Shown here: one piece after another, positions 26,422 to 36,200 of the stretch | Numbering within the stretch: position 1 is the first letter of the stretch | Layout: each line of letters begins with the position of its first letter | From: a virus | Taxonomy: Duplodnaviria > Caudoviricetes | Length of the DNA: 48,184 nucleotides | IMG/VR virus record: IMGVR_UViG_3300046055_000010 | Span: 1 to 48,184 of that record | Direction: 5' to 3' (one strand) | Notes under the pieces: model-generated | What the model saw: the letters and a program-made list of their open reading frames with translations, nothing else | What the model was told of the DNA's origin: nothing | Databases searched by the model: none | Translations under genes and position numbers: made by a program

Positions 26422-27579
26422 TCATTCGCCGTTCTCAAAATAGAACTGTTGTTCTTCCGTGACATAGACAACCGCTCCCGTTGGAATGTTGGGAACGTCG
26501 GCTTTTGTCTGATAACTCGCGAACTCAGTCGATTTGCCTGCCGATAAGACCGAGAAAAAACCGTCGGACCGATTTGCGTCGCTCCCAATGTCCAATCCTT
26601 CAATTGGCGACTGGTCTAAAACGAAGTCGGAAGCATCCTTGTTGTCCACCGTGTCGGCGTCGTCAGCATAGTCCGCACTATCGATAGAACCATTTTTGAC
26701 CCGCGTAACATCAAATGAGATAGCTTCATCGATATTTCCACCGTGAGATGTGCGTAATACCATTTCGTCACCATTCATTAAGATCATGCTCGCCGGTTCG
26801 TTGCCCATTTCATACCGCCAATCATTCGAATCATTATCATAGTAACAATTCCACGTCCACGCGACGCGGCCAAACCCGCCTTGAACTCCCAAGGTACTAT
26901 CACCATTTAGTCCGGCAGCCCGCCATACTTCGCCGTCACCCGTCCCCGGCGCTCTTTGTGGTGTGTTTTGAGCGCCGAAGGCTGGAACGGCTTCGAACTC
27001 GTCGCTGGTATCCGCGCGCATCCAAGCGCCCGGTGGCTCGCTGCCGAGTTCTTGGGCGTCTTCGGCGTCGTCTACGACGCCGCTTGCCGTGCTATCGTAT
27101 TTGCTCGCTATGGCGTCTATCTCATAGGAGGTTCGGCGCAAGTCCGTTTGATCGGTTATTGCGTCGCTTCCGTCGGTCGTTAGTTCCCATACCGGGATGC
27201 GTGGGTCGTCGGGAACGAACGCGCCGCTTTTCCCAAGGATTACGGTGTTCGTCTCGCTCACATCGTAACCGGCGTAAATCGTGGTCGTTCCTCCGGTAGG
27301 TAGGCTTATCGTCGTCGTCTCGTCGCGGGCGACCCACGCACCGGAAACCACCGCTTCGCCGTGATTGAAGTCGGCGGACCCGCCACCCGATTCGCCCGGC
27401 AGATACTCGAAGCCACCGAGCGGAACGTTGCTTTGATCGATTTCCGCATACCGATCGGCGAGAAACGCGCTTGAAGCGGGCTGTACCCATCCGTCCGTTC
27501 CCGCGCCGAACCGGTTTAGCTGAGCCGTAACGAGCGACCGAACGGTAGCATCCAGCGTCGGAATTGCTAAATCAGTCAT
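26422..27579 (-). CDS. Putative tail fibre/tip protein
   Basis: Last gene of the tail cluster; ADDADTVDNKDASDF fibre-like motif; start reassigned to MTDLAIP. Confidence 0.6.
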   Translation of the reverse strand: MTDLAIPTLDATVRSLVTAQLNRFGAGTDGWVQPASSAFLADRYAEIDQSNVPLGGFEYLPGESGGGSADFNHGEAVVSGAWVARDETTTISLPTGGTTTIYAGYDVSETNTVILGKSGAFVPDDPRIPVWELTTDGSDAITDQTDLRRTSYEIDAIASKYDSTASGVVDDAEDAQELGSEPPGAWMRADTSDEFEAVPAFGAQNTPQRAPGTGDGEVWRAAGLNGDSTLGVQGGFGRVAWTWNCYYDNDSNDWRYEMGNEPASMILMNGDEMVLRTSHGGNIDEAISFDVTRVKNGSIDSADYADDADTVDNKDASDFVLDQSPIEGLDIGSDANRSDGFFSVLSAGKSTEFASYQTKADVPNIPTGAVVYVTEEQQFYFENGE

Positions 27580-27640
27580 GAGTCCCCGTACCGTTTCGCG
27601 TCTAATATAACTACCGTGCGAAACGCGGATACTACGTCGA

Positions 27641-28258
27641 TCAACCCGGTCCGGGACCGAACCCGATAATGACCGCAATGGTCGCGGCCTTTTCTCCGCT
27701 TTGTTTGTCTATCTCAGGTTCGATTGGTGCATGATTTTGCAGTCGGCCGGATAGCGAGCGAAGTCCTAACTCGCGCAATATCTGATTCTCGAAAGCGTTC
27801 GTTCCGATGAAAAACGACCCGCGGATTTCTCCGTCGTCGGGTTCGGGTATGACGTTCGTTACCGGTATGTCGCCGAGAAGGTTGTTCAGCGAGGTATCCC
27901 CCTGATTGAAGTCGCTGCTGTCGTCGCCGACCGCAAGCGCTTGAATCGGGTCGTCGCCGTCTGTGTTCGGGTCTAAACCATCGATAAGCCCGGCGAACAG
28001 GCCGTCTGTAGCTACATTATGCGTTGATTGGCTACTCAGCTTCGCGTCGCTCGCTTCGCGCTGTTCGCGCTGTTCGCGGGTCCGTTTCGCGCCGTTCGCG
28101 GGAAGCTCCAACAATCGATGTTTTTCGTCGTCGGATAGCGCCGGCCATTCCGGATAGTGATAGCGGAGTAGGACGGGCTCGTAAGTATCGATGAAGACGT
28201 TCGCTTCGGCGGCCGCGCTTTCCGTTGATCGATGCGATAGGGGGTCTTTATCCGCCAT
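27641..28258 (-). CDS. Putative tail structural protein
   Basis: THNVATDG...LAVGDD...DTSLNN...LRELGL pattern typical of tail-tip proteins; position. Confidence 0.6.
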   Translation of the reverse strand: MADKDPLSHRSTESAAAEANVFIDTYEPVLLRYHYPEWPALSDDEKHRLLELPANGAKRTREQREQREASDAKLSSQSTHNVATDGLFAGLIDGLDPNTDGDDPIQALAVGDDSSDFNQGDTSLNNLLGDIPVTNVIPEPDDGEIRGSFFIGTNAFENQILRELGLRSLSGRLQNHAPIEPEIDKQSGEKAATIAVIIGFGPGPG

Positions 28259-28499
28259 GCGTCACGTTGCGTCCCACGGTAGATAACACTACCCCGTCGC
28301 TTCCATCGATAGGGCTGGCGAAGGTCTAATGAATTTAGAGGCGTTACCGTCGGCTAAGGAGCGCGCGCCTGCAAAAAGGCCCGGTGTTGAAGCACCGACC
28401 CCAGCGCTCCCCGGACAAAGGAGCGATGCAAGCTACACTCGGCGGTCAGATAGTTGTATCGGCTGTTCAACACCGCGATTCGGAAGGGCGTGGAGCGCT

Positions 28500-29204
28500 A
28501 TGACGAGCGCTTCGCCGTTTCCTGAACCCGAGCGAAAAGCTCACCAAGACGCTCTTGGCGCTCGGGACTTTCAATTGCTGCTTGAAGGAGCGACGCTACT
28601 TGACGAGAAGATGCGGCTGGAATGTCGGTTTGTCTGCTTGGTTGCCGGCCGTCTTGGACTTCGTGGCGGGGAAATCTGTCATATGCATAAACGCTGGATC
28701 GACTGGGACCGCTCGATTATTCAAATCCCGTCGCACCGGGAGTGTCACAAGGGGATTGGCGGCGGACGATGCGGGTACTGCAAAGACCAAGCAGCGCAAA
28801 TGGCGGAAGCCGAGAAGCGCGACATGGCAACCAGTGAAATACTTGACTGGTACTGGAAGCCGAAGACCTCAGCGGCGGCGCGACCAGTCCCGTTCGGCTT
28901 CTCGCCACGGCTTGAAATCGTCATAGAGCGCTTCTTTAAGAAGTACGACGAGTTCCCGTACAGCCGCAAAACCGTTAACAGACGGGTCGATCGGGCCGCT
29001 GAAAAAGCGAAACGAATCGATGTGGAACGGACCTACCCCCATTCGTTGCGGGCAACGGCAGCAACCTACCACGCCAGTTACGGACTCAAAGCTATCCAAC
29101 TCCAAGCATTATTTGGTTGGGAGGAAATAGAAACCGCCCAACACTACGTTATGCTAACCGGCGAACATACTTCGCGGGCGCTAAAGGAAATCCATAGTCG
29201 CTAA
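28500..29204 (+). CDS. Tyrosine recombinase/integrase (short, catalytic domain only)
   Basis: GLRGGE (R), K in PKT, HSLR (HxxR), LFGW, catalytic Y in AQHY; Cys-rich insert CHKG...RCGYC; GGAG before ATG 28500. Confidence 0.92.
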   Translation: MTSASPFPEPERKAHQDALGARDFQLLLEGATLLDEKMRLECRFVCLVAGRLGLRGGEICHMHKRWIDWDRSIIQIPSHRECHKGIGGGRCGYCKDQAAQMAEAEKRDMATSEILDWYWKPKTSAAARPVPFGFSPRLEIVIERFFKKYDEFPYSRKTVNRRVDRAAEKAKRIDVERTYPHSLRATAATYHASYGLKAIQLQALFGWEEIETAQHYVMLTGEHTSRALKEIHSR

Positions 29205-29263
29205 CGGAACGGTCTTTCTTTCAAACGACGAGAATAGTGGTTCGAGAGTCCAATGTGTCCTTA

Positions 29264-29521
29264 CTATCGGTCGTCCACGAAGTCCTCGATAATGGCGTCC
29301 TTGGCGACAGCCAGCGCGAGCGTTGTGTTGTTGAGGGACAGGGCATCCTCCATGGCTTGGTTCACAAGCTGTTCTGTGCGCTTTGGCACTCCCCACGATG
29401 GTTTAAAAACCCACTCCGTCGGACCGTCGGGACTGTCATCGGCAACGACCGACCGAGTGCCGCTGTAATCGCTGTCGAGGGCAAGCGTGCCGTCGTCGTT
29501 GAGTGTGACGTAAAGTGTCAT
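29264..29521 (-). CDS. Small protein coupled to the tail-spike gene
   Basis: ATGA overlap with 29518-31323; acidic. Confidence 0.7.
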   Translation of the reverse strand: MTLYVTLNDDGTLALDSDYSGTRSVVADDSPDGPTEWVFKPSWGVPKRTEQLVNQAMEDALSLNNTTLALAVAKDAIIEDFVDDR

Positions 29522-31323
29522 TTGTGTACCACCAACTCGATTTTCTGGTAGCCCCCTTGGGCATCGGTTGCTGAGTTTTGGTTCTCGGCCCGTCCAGCTA
29601 AAATAAACGACGCGCGTGAATCACCCGACGGGAGGTTTGACGTGTGTTCGGCTCGCTGTGTTCCATCAACATAGTATACTGTTCGCGTCCCAGAAGTGAA
29701 CTCCATCCGGAAGTCGTAAGCCCCCGGCGAGGGGGCTGAGTCTATTTGGGTCCGGTTTTTGGTGTTCGAATCGTTCGATACCGCATACAGCGCGCCACTG
29801 TCAAACTCAAACCCGATCCACTGATGGTCGTCGCGCAGCAATCCGTTACCGAAGCGGATGATTTCGCCAACGTCGTTCACGCTCACGTAACATCGCCACG
29901 ATCTATCTCGTGACCAATCTTGTATTTCGATTGGGGAAGTGACGTCGTTATCGTCACCGGGATAATACCAACACTCGCCCAAAGAGTCCTGCGTTCCGCC
30001 AGTTCCGAACAGAAGCGCTCCCGGTTTGGATATCGCGCCGAACCCGGACCCGGATGAGTTGTCACGAAGATATTCGACCGGTGGCAGAAAATTGAAATGA
30101 ACCGACTCGGTTCCAGCGGGGTTGAAGTCCTCACTGACAGATAGCTCCTTTACATTGGACGTTTGCGCAACCACATCACCACCCTGTCTCTCGTAAGCTG
30201 GTGTCCCGGTTGGTCCCGGTCCTTCGAAGTATGACTCTTTGAGGTCAACCGATGCATTGTTCAGAATCCGGTAGTCGTCTGCCGGGGCGAGAGAATCGTA
30301 GACCCCCCGAAACCTGTCAACTCCGAGTTCAGTGCTATCCGCTTCTATGTATGTTAACTGACTCGTATCGCCGTTATCCGCAAAGCCGCGAGCATAAGAT
30401 GTGAGGAGCTTGTTATACGCGCCGTTGACGAATCGATAGTGGACTCCGGGATAAGAATCGGACCGATAGAAGTTTTCTTCCGCTCCACAGCCGATAATTG
30501 ATGAGTTGCGAAGTCTATCGAAGTCGAAACCGACACCGGATGCTTCGGCCGCACATCCTCGAAGGGTCGAATAAGTTATGACCTCGAAGTCGAAGCCGGC
30601 TTCCGTACAGGTCAGTGCATAGCATTGGTCAAAATTAAGCGACGTTCCGCCGTTGAACATTGAAATCCCACTGCCAGCAACTCTCTGTACTTTGAGATTC
30701 CTGAACCCGCACATGATTGGGGTATTGATCGCAAATGCGGTCCCCGAAAACCCCTCACCAAAGACGCTTTCTACGGTGATATTGGGGACGTTACCAGCGG
30801 AGGAGCGGTCAAAATACAACATCGTTCCAGCAGCCGAGTTGATTCCCGGCCCGATCATCGAAAATCCTTCGAGATGAATGTTCCCTACGTCGGTTCCCGT
30901 AATCATCGATCCGGGGAACTGGGAGCCGCCGCCCTGTTGTTCTGTTTTGATAGTAGTTGTATCCCGACCGTCCCCTTTCACAGTAAGATTGCTTCCGAGC
31001 ACGAGTTCGTCGGAAATAACGTAAGTGCCTCTGGGCAAGTAGATGGTTCCACCATTGTTAGCAACGGCAGCATCAATAGTTGACTGGATCGCCGCTGTAT
31101 CGTCAGTATTTCCGTCACCCCTAGCACCGTAAGACGTTACGTCGTAGGTCGGTTTCTCCGCGGTTGTTACCTTCCCCCCATCTACCGCGTCTGCTTCGAG
31201 TTCGCCGAGAATGAGCTTCCGACGGTTTCCGTTTTCGTCTACGACTTGCCATGCTTTATTCCCGTCCGAATCAGTCGTTTCCTCTAACTCCAATTCTCCT
31301 TTGAGTCCAAATGTTCCTGTCAT
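29518..31323 (-). CDS. Tail spike / receptor-binding protein with pectate-lyase-3-like beta-helix
   Basis: YDVTSYGARGDGNTDDTAAIQSTID...GGTIYLPRGTY signature; beta-rich C-terminal domain. Confidence 0.85.
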   Translation of the reverse strand: MTGTFGLKGELELEETTDSDGNKAWQVVDENGNRRKLILGELEADAVDGGKVTTAEKPTYDVTSYGARGDGNTDDTAAIQSTIDAAVANNGGTIYLPRGTYVISDELVLGSNLTVKGDGRDTTTIKTEQQGGGSQFPGSMITGTDVGNIHLEGFSMIGPGINSAAGTMLYFDRSSAGNVPNITVESVFGEGFSGTAFAINTPIMCGFRNLKVQRVAGSGISMFNGGTSLNFDQCYALTCTEAGFDFEVITYSTLRGCAAEASGVGFDFDRLRNSSIIGCGAEENFYRSDSYPGVHYRFVNGAYNKLLTSYARGFADNGDTSQLTYIEADSTELGVDRFRGVYDSLAPADDYRILNNASVDLKESYFEGPGPTGTPAYERQGGDVVAQTSNVKELSVSEDFNPAGTESVHFNFLPPVEYLRDNSSGSGFGAISKPGALLFGTGGTQDSLGECWYYPGDDNDVTSPIEIQDWSRDRSWRCYVSVNDVGEIIRFGNGLLRDDHQWIGFEFDSGALYAVSNDSNTKNRTQIDSAPSPGAYDFRMEFTSGTRTVYYVDGTQRAEHTSNLPSGDSRASFILAGRAENQNSATDAQGGYQKIELVVHK

Positions 31324-31324
31324 G

Positions 31325-31771
31325 TTAGTTTCCTACGTCCATTTCTCCCCCGACTTCCAACCGGCCACCAACGTCGAGGGGAGATACCCCAATGCCGTAC
31401 TCGTTCTGAGCAATCGTGACTGTTTCGCCCGCCTCAACATCTTCGCTTTTGATGATTCGGCGAGTTATCCGTCCCGATGCGTCCGCGTATTGGCTGTAAT
31501 CGTATACAGTCGGGTCGGTATCGTACTTGTATGTTCCGGCGAACGTCGAAAAGCTGATTGAATCGAATACGTGAACCGTTTCTAACTCGTCGCGGTATAG
31601 CGTCGGCGTCTGTTCCGCGCCGCGAGAAGTTTCCTCAATCGCATCGACGCGGTTCTTCAAATCCGCGAGGATTTTAAACGCCGCTTGCGCATCCGTCCCT
31701 TCGCGGACATGGCTTCGCGTCTCGGCCTCTCCCAGCCCCGGCGGACGCCCCGAACCACCGTTTCCGCTCAT
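31325..31771 (-). CDS. Putative tail protein
   Basis: Coupled to neighbouring tail genes. Confidence 0.65.
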   Translation of the reverse strand: MSGNGGSGRPPGLGEAETRSHVREGTDAQAAFKILADLKNRVDAIEETSRGAEQTPTLYRDELETVHVFDSISFSTFAGTYKYDTDPTVYDYSQYADASGRITRRIIKSEDVEAGETVTIAQNEYGIGVSPLDVGGRLEVGGEMDVGN

Positions 31772-33237
31772 TATATCGTTCCTATCTCTTGGGCGGCATA
31801 GTCAGTTTGTAAACTCATACCCTCGTATTTGTCGCTGCGCTCGGTTATCATGAACTCGCCTACCGCGCCTTCGCGCTGGTAATTCAGCGTTAGCCGGTCG
31901 CCGGGAACGTAATAGTGCGCTTCGGGTTCGACGGCTTCGAACGTGACTTTGTTTTCCGGAGCGGATTCGTGATTAAGAACTTCATTCGCCAGCGCAAGCG
32001 CTTCGGTTTCGGTGGGCGCGTCTTTTCGGCGCTTCGTGTCTTCGCGGATTCGATAGCGCCCGGTACTGTCGGCTTCGGGTTTCCGGGCGAGAATCGGATA
32101 GCCGAACTCGGCGATGTACGCTGGGTTGTCGTTCGAATCCACCCCGATTTCTTGGGCCGGGTCGTTATCTCCCTCCATTTCAACGATTATCCACGGGTTC
32201 GGTTCGGGTAATGTGTGTTGGCCGAAGTCGAACGGCGTAAACCCATCATTATCCAAGAACTCATGGCTTAGGGTGTCGGAATCAATATCTGAGTCCGTAT
32301 CGCCGGGTTCGATCGGACCCGTGTTCGCGTCGTTTGCCTTTTGGATACGTACCCCCATTTTCCCATCTTCGGCTTGTTTGTGTAGCCATATCTGAACCCG
32401 GTCTAACGTTGATTTCCGCGTGCCGACTTGAAACATGACCGGGCTACCCGGCGCGACGCTGGTATAGCCTGATTGATTCGGCTGTTCGTCGTCTACGGCA
32501 CGACCGCGGCCGCCGTGGACGCGAATCTTGTTTATCATGCCGGCGTCGCTGGTCTTGTTTCTCACGCTACCGATCGTTCGCTTATCCGGCGTGTAGGTGG
32601 GATACTGGCGCGGAAGTGCAAACCGCAAGCCCGTTCCATCCGAACGCATATGCGCCCCGGCCCGGCGGGCGAGGGTTTGGCCTAAATCGAGTAGGTTCGT
32701 CCCGTCGCAATTGACCGAAGTTGCTTCGCGGTCGGCGTTCGATATGAGCGACCGATCGATAGCCGGCGCTTCGTTTCTCAGAACCGTATTCAAGATGGAT
32801 TCGGGGCTTCCGGCTATCTGAACCCGGTCGAACGAATTATAGACCTTTCGCTTGCTCATGATCGACATTGCATAGTCTTCTACGGAGAGCTTCATGCTGG
32901 AGGTGTTCGGACCCCCCCGAGTTCGTTCTACGTCCCGAACCATAACGACCCACCGACGCGACGGCTGTTTTTCGCCTTCATGCCGAACGTAGAAATCCAG
33001 TCGGTCGCCCGAATGGATGCGGGGCCGGCCGTCGGATCGGGAATATTGGCCGTCGTCGTTGGATAGGAGGATCGAACCTTCGTCTTTGCGATTCGATAGG
33101 CGTAGCCCGCCGTCCACGCTCACTAAATCGGCGTTCGGGCCGCCGCCGCCCGCTACGGTGAAATCGGCCATTGCGCCCGCTAAATCAGTTTCCGGGTGAT
33201 ACACGTCTACGCGCGAATCGAGTATATTGAGTGGCAT
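31771..33237 (-). CDS. Tail-tip/baseplate hub-like protein
   Basis: 488 aa directly after the tape measure; INKIRVHGG...PGDRLTL pattern. Confidence 0.7.
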   Translation of the reverse strand: MPLNILDSRVDVYHPETDLAGAMADFTVAGGGGPNADLVSVDGGLRLSNRKDEGSILLSNDDGQYSRSDGRPRIHSGDRLDFYVRHEGEKQPSRRWVVMVRDVERTRGGPNTSSMKLSVEDYAMSIMSKRKVYNSFDRVQIAGSPESILNTVLRNEAPAIDRSLISNADREATSVNCDGTNLLDLGQTLARRAGAHMRSDGTGLRFALPRQYPTYTPDKRTIGSVRNKTSDAGMINKIRVHGGRGRAVDDEQPNQSGYTSVAPGSPVMFQVGTRKSTLDRVQIWLHKQAEDGKMGVRIQKANDANTGPIEPGDTDSDIDSDTLSHEFLDNDGFTPFDFGQHTLPEPNPWIIVEMEGDNDPAQEIGVDSNDNPAYIAEFGYPILARKPEADSTGRYRIREDTKRRKDAPTETEALALANEVLNHESAPENKVTFEAVEPEAHYYVPGDRLTLNYQREGAVGEFMITERSDKYEGMSLQTDYAAQEIGTI

Positions 33238-33242
33238 AGTCG

Positions 33243-36200
33243 TTAGTCGAACCCATATGAGCGTAGACCGCTGGTAAAGCCTTTGGCGGCTTCGCGCCCT
33301 TCGCGCCGGCTGTTCGCATGGACTTCTACTTTGAACTCATTTGTCGTCCCGCCGCCCGATCCGTCCGGCGCGGGGCCGCGGGGTCGGTTCGCGCTGGCGA
33401 GTTCGTCCGCGCTCAGTCCGAAGTCGTCGGCCGCGGGCATGGGAACCTTCGCCGCGCTTGCCGCCAATTGAGCGGCGTCCGCGAGTTCGTCCGTGTTAGC
33501 GACAATACCGCCCGCTATCTCTTGGACGAACGCCGGACCCGTTTCGTCCAAATCAGAAAGTGGCCCCTCTTTCGCCGGGCTGAACGGTAGCTTATCGCGG
33601 GCCTTCCCCACCACATTATCTACCGCGTCCTTAACGTCACCCACCTTATTCTTAATACCCTCCACAAACCCGCTGATTAGTGACTTCCCGGCGGATTTGA
33701 CATTCCCGAGCGGACCCTTATCTCCGGTGAGATAATCCATAACGTCCGAAGCCATGTTGGAAACTTCGTCCGTTGCATCTTCGTATAATGACTCAAACGC
33801 GCTCAGAACGTCGTCTTTCAAGTCGTTCGCCTCAGTCTTGGCGTCAGACGCCAAATTACCCAGCTTATCGACTATCTTCGACTTCATTTCATCTATCGTG
33901 TCCTTCCCATCTTCATAGAGCGATTCTACCTTCTCAATCACGTTATCCTTTAGATCGGTGGCCTTGTCCGTCGCGTCATCGACCAGCCCGCCGAAGAACT
34001 CAAGGAATTTGGATATGAACTCGGTCGTCGCGTCTTTGATAGCCGAGAACATTTCCGGGATAATGCTGTTCCCGACTATCGCATCATACATATCTTGGAA
34101 GAAACCGATCGTAGACTCAATAAGACCGTCAATAACGCCTAAGAACGTTTCTACGAAGGTGTTGACTAACGACCCGATACGGCCGAACGTGCGGTCTACG
34201 TAGCCCTTTATTTTATCCCATGCGCCTTCCCAATCGCCGGATAGAATGTCGGTAAACACATCGAACGAGGTGATAATTAGGTCTAACGCCCCATCAATGA
34301 TAGTCCCGAGAACGTCGAACACCCCCTTCGTAATCGTTTGTATCTCGTCGCCGAAGTTCTGCCACAGGAACATGAGCGTCCCGAACACGGCTTTGAACGT
34401 CGTTTTCAGGAAACTAACGAGTTCGCCGACGGACTCCATGATTTCATCGCCCCGAGTGTTCCAAATCTCCAATATCCTATCTACGGCTGGTTTGACCGCA
34501 TTTTTCCACAAGAATTTCATAACATCTTTGATGACTGATTTTACCATACCGAAGATTTCTCTGGCGGTATCAATTACCGATCGAATTTGACCCCACGCCT
34601 CTTTGATTCGGCTGGTTCCGCTGGATACGTTCGATCGCATAGAGTCCATATCGCCGCGTAGAAGCGCTTTTACCGCGTTGAATATGTCTCGCGTTATATC
34701 TTGAATACCCAAGATGTTCTCTTTCCAAGCGAGGTATAGCCCGCCGACCGCGGCGACGACTATCCCGATCGGATTGGTTAGGAGCGATAGCTTAGACCCG
34801 ACGCTACCGATGCGAAGCGCGAACGACCCGAAGCGCGCAATGATCGATCCGACTTTTGATAGGAGCGGGCCGCCGAGTTTGGACGCCAGCCGGCCGGCCG
34901 TGCTGATAATGCGTTTGATCGGTCCGGGAACGCGCCCGGAAAGGACCGATGCGAACGAGGCGAAGCGGCCACGAAGGACAGCCACCGCTTTCCCGAGAAC
35001 GCCGCGTAGCTTCGTGGCGAGACTCGTTACCTTTCCTCTCGCCGACCGGAGGCGTTTGCTTGAGGATAGGAGTATGCCCTTCAATTTCTGAAACGCGCTG
35101 TTGGCTACTCCCGCGCCGCTTTTGAGCCGGGTCGCAAACGCGCTGGCGGTATTTTTGATAGCTGGGATAAGACCGCCACGCAAAACCGGTAGGATCGATC
35201 CGGTAACGAACGTCCCAACAGAGCGTAACGCGCCGAGCGCGCGGCCGCTGATAGCAGTGGCGAATTTCAGTATCTTCGACCGGGTTGCGCCGCTCGTAAC
35301 ACCGAACGACGTTAGCGCGACGCCGAGCCCCGCTAATTTCTTCTTGTATGGGGCAAGGGCTGTCCCGACTTTCGTTAGCGCCGTCTTTACCTTCGACCCG
35401 TGTTTTTGCCATTCGTAGCTTGCTTTCGTAATCCCGGATCGAACCAGCGTAATGAGCTTGCTGATACGCCCGGCGTACAGCGTAATCGCCGCTCCAATAC
35501 CCGTCGTTACGGCTGTTTTGATTTTCTGACTATGATTGCGCCATACATTCGTTGCCTTGGTGATTAGCGTCCGCGTCGTACTAACCAGCCGCGAGTACGC
35601 GGATCGGACGCTGGCTATGAGTTTCGTCCCGTGCGTCGCCCATAGATTGCTGATTTGCGTAAGACGGGACTGGATAGCGGTACGAACCAGCGCAATTTTC
35701 GACCGGACGGCGTTTAGTGCGCCTTGGTATGCGGCCGTCGCGCGGGTTCGAAGTTGCGCCCCATGCTTGCTCCACCACTTCGATAGCGCTAACAGTTTGG
35801 ACCGCACCGCCGTCCCGATTTGCGTCAACTTCGCGCGGACGGTGTTAGCCGCCCCCTGATAGGCGTTCGATGCTTGTCCCTTGACCTTCGCCGTGTGTGA
35901 GCGCCAAATCCCCAGCGCGTCGGTTAGACGCGATTCTATGGCTGTCTGAACCCCGTTCAGCGCCGTGCGAACCGATGTAACCGCGCCCCGGTACGCTAAC
36001 CGCGCTTCGCGCATGACGCTCGCCTTGTGAGCTTGCCAAATCCCTGTTGCGTAGGATAGCGTCTTACGGATTTCCGTTGCGAGTGTCCCGACCACCGACC
36101 GGACCGCGGCGACGGCGTTCTGATATGCTGTTTTCGCTTTAGATACGATTGCGACGCCGTGGGTTTGCCACAGTTTATTTATACGATTGATTGCCGATTG

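Noticed and set aside
35400-36200. Repeated W..H..K...A..AY motifs in the tape measure gene
   Set aside because: Ordinary periodic repeats of tape measure proteins.
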